Assembly: GCA_010909165.1 (NCBI GenBank)
Contig: MU008155.1
Coordinates: 2,294,001-2,358,000, forward strand
Source of the DNA: Anthoceros angustus
Lineage: Eukaryota > Plantae > Anthocerotophyta
Length of the DNA: 64,000 nucleotides
Direction: 5' to 3'
In this document: piece after piece, positions 1-9,233 of the stretch
Position numbering within the stretch: the first letter of the stretch is position 1
Layout of the letters: every line of letters begins with the position of its first letter
Notes under the pieces: model-generated
Database searches by the model: none
Told to the model about the DNA's origin: nothing
The model's input: the letters and a program-made list of their open reading frames with translations, nothing else
Translations under genes and position numbers: made by a program

Positions 1-747
1 ATTCAAGTGTGCAATTCCCTCATCGACATGTATGCCAAATGCGGAAGCCTGGGCGATGCTTGCAGAGTCTTCAACAAATCAGCAAAAACAGACACAGTAT
101 CTTGGAACTGCATGATTCAGGGATATGCAATGCATGGGTATGCACAAGGTGCCCTCCATCTGTTTCAGCAAATGCGACAGGAGGGCTTGCGGCCCAGCAA
201 AGTTACGTTCCTCTGTTTGCTCTCTGCCTGTAGCCATGCTGGCTTAGTTGATGACGGGCTCTGCTTGCTGCGATCCATGTTGACAGACTTTGGCATTGCC
301 CCAGAACTCGAGCACTACGTGTGCATAACAGATCTTCTTGGGCGATTTGGAAAGGTGGAGGAGGCCGAGGAGTTCGTCAACAGGCTTCCCATGCAACCCC
401 ATGTCGCATTATGGACTTCTTTGCTTGGAGCCTGCCGGACTCACAACAATGTAGAGCTTGGACGGCGTGCATTTGAGGCCATCTTGAACCTGAATCCAAC
501 CAATGTTGCCCCATATGTTCAGCTGTCAAACATCTACGAAGCTGCTGGCAGGCTGGATGAAAAAGCGGCTCTGGTGTCAGAAACTTTGAAGATTTGTGCA
601 CGAAAGGAACCTGGTCTGACCTGGATGGAGTGTGATGAACAAGTACATGTTTTTTCCGCAAATGATAGGCAGCACCCCGAGAGACAACAGGTTTACGTTG
701 AGGTGAAGAGATTAGTGGAGAAAATCGCAAAGCCGTCGAGTCTGTGA
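1..747 (+). CDS. PLS-class PPR protein, C-terminal part with E1/E2/E+ extension and no DYW domain (organellar RNA-editing factor type); 5' end lies outside the window
   Basis: ORF 7-747: PLS motifs (NSLIDMYAKCGSL, VSWNCMIQGYAMHG, EHYVCITDLLGRFG), E motif (LWTSLLGACRTHN, YVQLSNIY), PG box KEPGLTW and VHVF-AND-HP; stops before any HxE/CxxC deaminase motif. Confidence 0.93.
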   Translation: MQVCNSLIDMYAKCGSLGDACRVFNKSAKTDTVSWNCMIQGYAMHGYAQGALHLFQQMRQEGLRPSKVTFLCLLSACSHAGLVDDGLCLLRSMLTDFGIAPELEHYVCITDLLGRFGKVEEAEEFVNRLPMQPHVALWTSLLGACRTHNNVELGRRAFEAILNLNPTNVAPYVQLSNIYEAAGRLDEKAALVSETLKICARKEPGLTWMECDEQVHVFSANDRQHPERQQVYVEVKRLVEKIAKPSSL

Positions 748-1175
748 ATCTGTATATATAGTACCAACTGGGCCCTCTTGTTGAACATTTAGAGCTCCCA
801 TTTGGCGAAACATAAGAATTTTGAAACCGTCATAATGTCATTGCTTGAAGAATGAGAACGAAATTTGCTGGTTTGGAAATGGTTATAGTGTCCTTGGTTG
901 ATAACAAATATGAGATTATCAGAGAATGAGATTAGCTGAGAGACATAAGAAAGCCTTCGAGTGACGTATTGGTAAAATAAAGTGGAAAGGTGAAAATTTA
1001 AAAGAAGGAAAAAAATTAATAGTAGTCGTGTTGCATGCGTCATGCAAATCTCTAATAGAAGGATTGCTGCAGCCACTAATGAAGAGCCGGCTAGAGAGGG
1101 CTCTTACAATAATAAAACAAACATACGTTGTTATAAATGTGTGTCCAAATGGACACACAAACGTCGTGATTAAGC

Positions 1176-1326
1176 ATCGGTACTTAGATGGGGTGCCTAA
1201 AGGGAGTGGATGCCCTTGGTGCAAGTAGCTTAGGCACCCCATGGTACAAGTTGTTAAGTACCAAGTCCCATGACGGAAATCCATCCTTAGTGGACTTAAA
1301 TAAAATTCTTCTTCTTCTTCTTCTTA
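1176..1326 (+). mobile_element. Short (~150 bp) repeat with (TTC)n tail; SINE-like or 5'-truncated non-LTR retroelement end
   Basis: Near-identical reverse-complement copy at 2840-2990, diverged copy at 3054-3208; ends TAAATAAAATTCTTCTTCTTCTTC; the same tail occurs inverted at ~43160-43192. Confidence 0.6.
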
Positions 1327-1604
1327 GTGAGGATTCTTAGTGATCAGTGGTTTCTAAGAACCCTGAGTTAACTGCCTAGTTGAGGCGAGCCGACGGGATA
1401 TAGAAGTATTAGAGCAAAGGATATAGAAGGGACGGGATATGGAAGTGTTAGAGCAAAGGATATAGAAGGCTTAGAGCAAGGGCTTTGAGTTTAGGAACAT
1501 TCAGTTCATGTGTGCTGCAAGCCTTGTGTTGAGATAGTTGTGGAGAGCCTAGCTAGTGAGCTTGTCCTTGAGTCAAGGGGAGTAGCAAATTAGGCATAGA
1601 TAGC

Positions 1605-1735
1605 CAGACTCAAGTGTGTATTTCTAGGAATAAAAAGCATCACCTCCTGAGGCTCAAGTGTGTATTTCTAGGAATAAAGAACAGCACCTTCTCATACTCA
1701 AGTGTGTATTTCTAGGAATAAAGAGCACCACCTCA
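1605..1735. repeat. Three tandem ~44-bp repeats (core CTCAAGTGTGTATTTCTAGGAATAAA), probably within an LTR-like fragment
   Basis: Three direct copies read directly; the intervening sequences are related to one another. Confidence 0.8.
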
Positions 1736-2548
1736 AGGAGGTGACCTACGAGTCGTCAATTGACGGCGGGCTACTCGGAGCCTAGTGTTGCGTCGTGAAG
1801 TAGTTGAGAGCGTTGAAAATTGTGCAAGTCTTTACGTGGTGTGAATTGGCGATATCCTAGACCGTTAGGAAGCCAGCACTTGCCACTTCCGTACTGACTG
1901 CGTAATGAGGGCGTTACTCCTTGGGTGTATGAATCTGTATTAGCAATACATAGTACGTTTGGGCCTCTTGTATACCAAAACATGAACATGAAAGACGGAA
2001 GTGCTTGATTGAGATGGTAAAGTGATTCGCTCCACATACCTTTGCTACTGGCATTTTGTTTGCTAAAATAACCAACAATCTCAAATCAAGACTTGGATTT
2101 GAATTTCAGAATGTAAATAATTTAAAATAATAATAAATTTAATTTTACCGAACAGTTTTGGCTCGCAGAACAAGTTTCATCTGCCTACAAGGAAGCCCAA
2201 TGACATCAAGTTGCATTTGTCCACTAGGGAGCCCAATGACATCGTTTGATGGATTAATATGCTATCTCTAAAAGACATGGAAACATTTGCTTGACAACAT
2301 GCAATATTGAAACCATGAAGACATGAACGTGGGCTTAACAATATTCAACATTAAAACCATCAAAACCAAGAAAGTGTGCCTTGCTTGATAGTGAGGCCTC
2401 CGAAATGAACATGTGCTTCGAAGAGCTCGGGCTCCCTTCTTACTACGTAGCAAGAATGGGACTCCCTTCTTGTTGACGGAGGGCGACGGGAAGGCAGGCC
2501 GGTCAGATGCATGACTGCAAAAGACAATGGCAGAGACAATTGCACATG

Positions 2549-2627
2549 CGCCAGAGGGAGGACTTGAACCTCCTACCCTGTGATTATGGGCCGACATAGG
2601 TACTCTTGCCACCTGAGCTACTCAAGC
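2549..2627 (-). tRNA. tRNA-Met(CAT)-like gene or pseudogene (could be a tRNA-derived SINE head)
   Basis: Minus strand GCTTGAG-TA-GCTC-AGGTGGCAA-GAGT...CCCATAA...GGAGG-TTCAAGT-CCTCC-CTCTGGC: intact A box, B box and T arm, CAT anticodon; acceptor stem has a T-T mismatch and the anticodon stem a bulge. Confidence 0.55.
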
Positions 2628-2839
2628 CACATTCCTATTAAAAATATAAGTTATTCTCCTTAAGTGCCAATGTGGGTCATGGGATCCCAATGCAGCCCTT
2701 GTGTAAACCGAAGTGGTGCTAGGTATCAAAGTTGAATAGGTATTGTATGAGCGGACTTCTTGGAGTTAACGTGTGTCCAAAATGGCTTAGGCTTAAAAAA
2801 CACACATTTATAAAAACAACACTACTAAGCATCTTGGCT

Positions 2840-2990
2840 TAGAAGAAGAAGAAGAAGAATTTTATTTGAGTCCACTAAGGACGGATTTCCATCATGGTAC
2901 TTGGTACTTAACAACTTGTACCATGGTGTGCCTAAGCTACTTGCACCAAGGGCATCCACTCCCTTTAGGCACCCCACCTAAGTACCGATC
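2840..2990 (-). mobile_element. Inverted copy of the (TTC)n-tailed short repeat
   Basis: Reverse complement aligns almost base for base with 1176-1326. Confidence 0.65.
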
Positions 2991-3053
2991 CAAGCTCAGG
3001 ATGCTTAATCATGGCGTTCTTACAAATGTGTGTCCATTTGGCCTAGGCCAAAT

Positions 3054-3208
3054 GGACACTTAGATGAAGTGGCTAGAGGGAGTGGATGCCCTTGGTGAAA
3101 TTAGATTAATCACACCATTGGTACAACTTATACCAAGTCACTAAGTACCCGGTCCCCCGACTGAAAAATTTTGTCCAAAGTGAACTAATAGACTTCTTCT
3201 TCTTCTAT
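3054..3208 (+). mobile_element. Diverged head-to-head copy of the (TTC)n-tailed short repeat
   Basis: Retains AGGGAGTGGATGCCCTTGGTG core and TTCTTCTTC tail; joined to the inverted copy through a 30-bp perfect palindrome at 3030-3059. Confidence 0.5.
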
Positions 3209-3702
3209 TAGCTATGCTGATTTCGAGTGAGCCCGCACATATATTGGCTTTGTTATTGTGGTACAATGCGGATCCCCGGTATGGATGTACATAGGTGGGC
3301 TACGGATAGATCTGTCGGGCTTTTCACTTTGTACCACATGTGTACGTATGTCTACGAGTAAGCCCTGGAATCTACACTGCCACCTGTCAAGAAAATTAAT
3401 CACCCATTGGTGCGTAATTGGCCGAATGAAAACGTGGGTGCATGTCGACACGGTGCACATCTGGAGCCTGTTCTCTTCCGGATGAGCGAGCCTGGATCGC
3501 GGGACGCGCTGCAGTGGGTTCAGTGCGAGGATCTGTTTTGAGCAGGAGGAAGGGCGAAGCGGAGAAAGAACCTGTATGCAGAGATGGAATTGCGAGATCC
3601 ATCTTGAGGTTCGGACTGGTTTTTAAGGGCGGGGAAAGCACTGGGATGCCGGTGGTCACAGGACCACCTTATCGTATGTTCTGCGGTGGATTTCATCTGA
3701 GC

Positions 3703-5679
3703 ATGCAGGGATTTTCTAAGCGGCGTCGTGTTGGCACACCTCAAAATATGGCTGGAGTTTCAGAGGCTGGATTGAACGGAGTTGAGAAGGCGAAGGAGGC
3801 GGTATCTCCCAGACGTTTTCTGTACAACGATCTTAGCACGGCTGATGTGGTGCTGCATTTGGTTTTGCAACAGTCCTCTGAGCCGAATGGTGAGTGGTAC
3901 GTTCATGTCGGTAGGCCTGGAAAGAGAGAGTGTAGACGGCAAGGGTTTTTCTCGACATGGTCTGAAGCTTGTAATTCCATCTCGTGCAATGGGTAGATTA
4001 CGTATGCCGTGAGGAACCCTTCCATAATTTGAAGGGAGAGTCGTTGCTGACGGATTCCGTGTTGCCTGTCTGAGCAGGGGGTGGTGCAGATGAAGAAGAG
4101 TGCAGAATTGCGTGTCCGAACTATGAGCGGATTGGAGGAGAGGGACCAAGGTTTTCGGAGGTACCAGATGAGTTCACTTCGGGTTGCGAACAATCGATGA
4201 ATCCAAAAGACGGTGAAAGGGAAGCTTATGAGATGAAGCTGTATTTGCACGAGTCGGTGCTCGTTCAGTGTCGGTATTTCGCTGCCCGACTGTCTGGACG
4301 GTGGCAGGATGGAGTCGATATTGTTATGGACAGCGGCAAGAGACCAAGGGATAAGAAGCTGGCTGACATAACTCTGACTGTTGCTCCTTCATTTGGAATG
4401 CGGGCTTATGAAACCACGCTTCAGCTTCTTTATGCTAAAGATTTCCCAGCTGTTATTGATAATGTCCAGGTGGCCCTTTCTATCCTGCCCGTTGCAGCAG
4501 AACTTCTTTTTGATGAGTGCATCAACGCTTGTGTCAGATATCTGGAGGCTGTGCCCTGGACAAGTGAAGAGGAGCAACAGATTGTGCAAGTTGTGACGTT
4601 CCTGCAGCTTGAACAGTCTGCTGAGGTGCTTGCAAGATTAAATCCTGTGAAAGAGACTGCTTTGGAGGATATGCTTTACGGCATGGTGTACTCTGCGACA
4701 CACCAGAATGTTACATGTGTGAAGGGGTTTGTGGCTAAGATGCTTAATACATATGCATCTCGGGAGACAGTTGGAAGGGTGCTGGATAAAGCTTTTGCAA
4801 GTAGCTTGAAAACTGTAAAGGAGTCCGTTGAAGAGTATTCCAGTCCTAATGTACGAGGTCGGCATGATGAGATTGAGGCACTGCAGCGGCAGAATTTGCG
4901 TATTGCAGATGCTTGTGCCCGGCAGTTGTTGTGGCTGGTGGAGCGGATGCTTGAGCTCAAAGTTGCTTCGAACGCAGTAAGACTTCACGTAGAAACCTAT
5001 GGCCACATATTATGCTGACTGGCTGACAACCCTATGCACTGCTCCTTAAGATGATTGTTCTGCCACGCAGTTTCATGTTCGTCCTGCAGTCCAAAGTAGC
5101 TTCCGGTTTTGTTTCAGGTTACTCAATGGAGTGAGCTAGGATCTTTCACTGCAAATTTGGAGCGTGCCTTCAGTGAGGATGCAGTCCGCATTGCACCTGG
5201 ATTGCCGAGCTCAGTATTGAGGTGCACATGCCGGCTTGCTAATGCTGTGGCAACTGGTTCTATCCTGGCATCCCGTGAGGTTGTTACCCCGCACCCTGTG
5301 TGCGTGCCAGTAATATTTGCTAAAGCGGAGCGTCCATGTTCTCAGAACATTGCATCCTTTTGAATGTTTGCAGGTTCGACGGAACCTTGTGAAAGGCTGG
5401 CTACCAGTTCTTATAGTGTCACGAGACAATGCTAAAATGGAGATCAAGCTGAGTGCAAAATGGTCTGAGCTGCTGGAGCTTGAGGAGGTTTTCCTGCGCA
5501 TTATTTTAACTCTGCCGATGGCCGACTCCCAGGAGCTACTCCAACAGTGCCTAAGTTTTGCCACTCGCTCTTTGGAGGACTGTCCAAACCTAGTTACAGC
5601 TTTCAACACTTGGTTCCGTCGAGCAGGTGGGCAACCTGTAACCAACGCTGAACCGATGAAGCAGCCCGGCAGTGGCTAA
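3703..5679 (+). CDS. Plant BTB/POZ domain protein (At5g60050/At1g63850-like family), multi-exon; start approximate
   Basis: BTB motifs LYLHESVLVQCRYFAARLSGRW and ELLFDECINACVRYLEAVPW; C-terminal VRRNLVKGWLPVL and LEEVFLRIILTLPMADSQE; GT-AG introns near 3890, 4161, 4978 and 5280. Confidence 0.88.
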
Positions 5680-6478
5680 GGTGGGTATACTCACCAAGTA
5701 GTCAAAATGACTTCTGAAGATAACTTAGAGGTTTCCTATCCAGCCGAGTGCCTGTTTCCTGTCTACTCTTACCACCTGAGGAGCAAGTAGTGCTGTGACA
5801 GGTCACGCCACAGCGCTCACTGTATGTAAGCATCTCGGACTACGTCCAACTGTTGATAGGCGCGGAAATTGCGCAATAGTGTGGATAATCGGATACTGGC
5901 ATTTAGAGGTAAAAGAGCTGAAAGGTCTGAAAAACAATTTATGGGACATATATTGTTTAACCTCGTCAGTTCACATAGGTCCACCAACAGCTTCCTTCCC
6001 AAGTCCTTCCTGAAAGTGTTGTCGTTTCACTCTCATGGCTAAATGACAAGAGAGACGTGCAACGGCGGACGCGGGAAAAGCCAAGAACTTTGAGGGCCAC
6101 GGGAGGACAGAAGGTGATGGCTTCCTGCCTGCATGGTGATGTAGCGAGGCTTACCGAGCATAAGATGTGTCGCCGAGTGTGGCGTAATCCAGTTTCCTGC
6201 ACTGAACCTGGCTTAACGGACACTGAAGGGGAGAAGACTCTGATGATCGCTGCACCGTGAATCCAATATATTTGCCCGGCCCACCGTCACTCATGCTGTG
6301 GTTTAATCACAAGCTTCCGTCAAGTTTGTGAGACGCCGGTCCTCAGGTGGCCGGGCCTACAGCTGGCTGCCGCTCTCTCTGGTTGCCTACATCTCTGCCG
6401 TCCCCTGGTAGCGAGCAGCCACATACATAAGCACCAAATTACCCCTGTGATGAGACAGCAAGTACCAAACAATCCGAC

Positions 6479-7820
6479 ATGGCTCTCTCCCGCCTCCTGC
6501 AATTGGCACTTGTAGCGGCCCTGGCGTGCGTGGCTGCTGCGGCTAAGCCAGCAGCCACTCCACCTGATGTCTCGGTTCCTCCAGGAAACAGGTCAGGATT
6601 CCTCCCACCTCCGATGCAAAATGCAGGGCCTGCCAGATGATTGAATGCAAGCCGCTCACAATTGCAGTGGTAACGGGGCTTGGACTGGTGGATGCATATG
6701 CAGCATTCTTGCAGATCGAATTTTAGGCGTGGGAGTTCAGATTTACAAGTGCGTGGCTGATCCCGCCTCAGGAGCACCGTCATGGACTCTGGACAAGGCC
6801 CGCGCTAAGCTGTACGACATGAACGCAGTCCACATTGGAAATCACTTCTTCCTGCCTGAAGCCGACGGCAACGGAGGCCGCCCGACCTGGAGCCTCTTCT
6901 CGTCTCCCAAGAAGAAGACCGTCAGCAGCACCGTCACGGGTATGCCGTTGTTTGTATGTCACAGAAGCCTTTCAAGCATTTCACGAACTCCATGAAATGT
7001 TGCATGGAAGCTAATAATCCAATTGCGCTAGGGCTGCAGGCGAAGTCGTAGGTTCAGTCCCGTCCTCAAACCCCGCGGACGTGAGCAGCCTGCTGCTTCA
7101 GGCCACGTCTCATTCCGGAGAGGGTCCCCTGTCCTTGGCCTCCTACGTCACCAGGACGGGAGTGGCAGGAGGCGCCGCGCCGCCCGCCTCCGCCTGCAGG
7201 AGGCCGGGCGACATCCGGCCAATTCCCTACTCCGCAGTCTACACCGTCTTCTCGCAGGACACGGAGGTCCCAGCATCGGCCGTCCCCGACGCCATAGCCG
7301 CCCCGGCGGGCCTGGCGCCAGCCGCCAGCTTCTTCGGCACAGGATTCCAGCGGTACAGGTACAACGGCTCCGACTGGAACTTCTTCAACGCGTCCGCGCA
7401 GCTGAGCTATCTCCCGGGGTCGCAGGTGGTGGGCGTCCACTACCTCCTCCCGCACAGGGACGCTGCCGGAGGCCAGCCCTCCTGGCAAACCTTCTTCCCG
7501 GAGCCCAGTCTGGTGACCGCCAAACTTGTGACCAGCGTTTCTGTCAGCAAGGACAGCGTCAACTGGTTGCTTCTGGAGGTCACCAGTACCACGCCGTAAG
7601 CCTGCCTGCCTTAAGCTTCTCGTGATTTGCTGCGCTCTTTGAATTCATGAATCCAGCCTCACCCGCTGCTCGGTCCAGAGGCGATGCGGCCGTGCGGAAC
7701 GTGCAGCGCTTGTCCACCAGAGCAGGACTTCCCCCCACGGCAACCCCTGATGACAAAGAGGGCGATTTGTTTGATTCCACCTACTCCGCTATCTACTGGC
7801 TTTACGCGCCAAGCACCTGA
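6479..7820 (+). CDS. Secreted protein with two tandem DUF3455 domains, multi-exon
   Basis: Signal peptide MALSRLLQLALVAALACVAAAA; domain 1 GVGVQIYKC...GNHFF...RPTW...YVTRTGVAGGAAP...PYSAVY; domain 2 GTGFQRYRY...GVHY...QPSW...NWLLLE, intron, then VQRLSTRAGLPP...YSAIYWLY stop 7818-7820; exon1/exon2 junction not resolved. Confidence 0.8.
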
Positions 7821-8283
7821 GCATTGAATCGTGATAGCCTGCAACCATCCAGTCTGTTTTTGTGCCAAAGTATGAGCAAAGCCGATGGTACCATACCATT
7901 GTTTGTCTCATTATTTTTTGTAGTGAATTCGGAGATTTTATCTAGAGATTTCAAAGTGTACAGCCCAGTCCGCACTGAGTTTCTGCTCTCTTCTGCAAAA
8001 TAACCCACAAAAATAACCCACAAAAATTAAAACTCGTTTATTTTCTTAGGTTTAAAAACCTTAAAATTTTAAACAGAGTTAGCTAAAACTCACAGTTGGC
8101 ATCTTCAACCAAACAACTTTAAAAACAGGTTGAAATCTTCGGCTAAAAGCATAAAACTAATACCTTACTCCGAAAATCTCCCAAATAAATTAAAAACTCT
8201 CACCTTCACCTAAAATAAGTGGTTATAAGAGAACATAAAGGTGATACCTCCCTCCTTGCAAGGTGAGGCCTTCCTGCTTGCAA

Positions 8284-8552
8284 GCATCGGCGGCACCAGT
8301 GATAAGTAGGCCCTTTCCTATCTCGGACGGCGACATCTTGGGGGTGGTTGGGGTTATAGGGTAGATTAGTGCGAGGCATGCTTGGTGCCCTGTCGTGGAT
8401 TGTCCCCTTTCGCCTCGGGGTAGATGGGATTTCCCATCTCGTTCCTTTTATAGAGTCTCCACATTCCCTTGCATTGCAAGACAATGCAAGAGATTTCCCA
8501 TCTCATTCCTTTTATAAAGTCTCCACAGTCCCTTGCACTGCAAGAGTCAACG
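8284..8552 (-). mobile_element. Possible LTR fragment plus PBS-like motif of a second retroelement abutting the Copia 5' LTR remnant
   Basis: Segment 8300-8549 bounded TGA...TCA with an internal ~60-bp tandem duplicate; on the minus strand ...TTATCA is followed by C-TGGTGCCGCCG. Confidence 0.3.
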
Positions 8553-8590
8553 GCTGTAATCAATCGAATACACTCAATGAAAATAAGAGC

Positions 8591-8706
8591 AACCTAAATC
8601 TTTTCCATGTTATCAGAGCAATCTAAATCTTTTCCAAGGTATCAGAGCAATCTAAATCTTTTCCATGGTATGAGAGCAATCTAAATCTTTTCCATGGTAT
8701 TAGAGC
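8591..8706 (+). repeat. Four tandem 29-bp copies of LTR end plus tRNA-iMet primer-binding site
   Basis: (AATCTAAATCTTTTCCA + PBS) x4 with PBS variants TGTTATCAGAGC, AGGTATCAGAGC, TGGTATGAGAGC, TGGTATTAGAGC versus canonical TGGTATCAGAGC. Confidence 0.9.
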
Positions 8707-9233
8707 ACGAGTAATCATGCTCCTCGATGGACTCCTCCTCAGCCCGTTCCCAGCCTCATAATTGAAACCTCTGGCAATCGGCCATGGCTCGGAACAGGAA
8801 TAGAGGAGCCCAACAAAAGGAGGGGCCAACCCTAATCCCAGCACATGAGGGATATAGGCACCCGGGCCCTCAACTCCTTGCGGATGCTGCAAGCCACCAC
8901 AATTTCTGCTGTCAGTATGGGACGGCAAGAAGAACTAAAGAGCAGCACCCACGAAGAAGGAGAAACCAATTCTCAGAATAACAAATCCTTCCAGATTCCC
9001 AGACTCGGAGAATTGCTCGCTAAGAAAGCTTCACCAGATTGAGAATAAGCTTCACACGGAAACCCGCCTCTTGAGAACTTTCGTGGGGCCGACATTGTAA
9101 TCCGAGATGTGGGGGCCTTGACCGAGGCGCACACCGACCTGGTAAACCTAATTGAGCGTCTTCTGCTTTCCCAACACGCACAACAGCAAGACCAGCCCGC
9201 AAGGGCTGCCTAAGCGCACAACCTCCCACCAAG

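Noticed and set aside
1188-1242. Twister ribozyme (P1-UAA...GGUxCAAG resemblance)
   Set aside because: The TAA is base-paired in the long stem, and the pseudoknot-forming GAGGG and AAGCC elements are absent
1605-1735. CRISPR-like repeat-spacer pattern (26-bp repeat x3)
   Set aside because: Spacers are short (~18 bp) and similar to each other, there are no cas genes, and the context is eukaryotic; an ordinary degenerate tandem repeat
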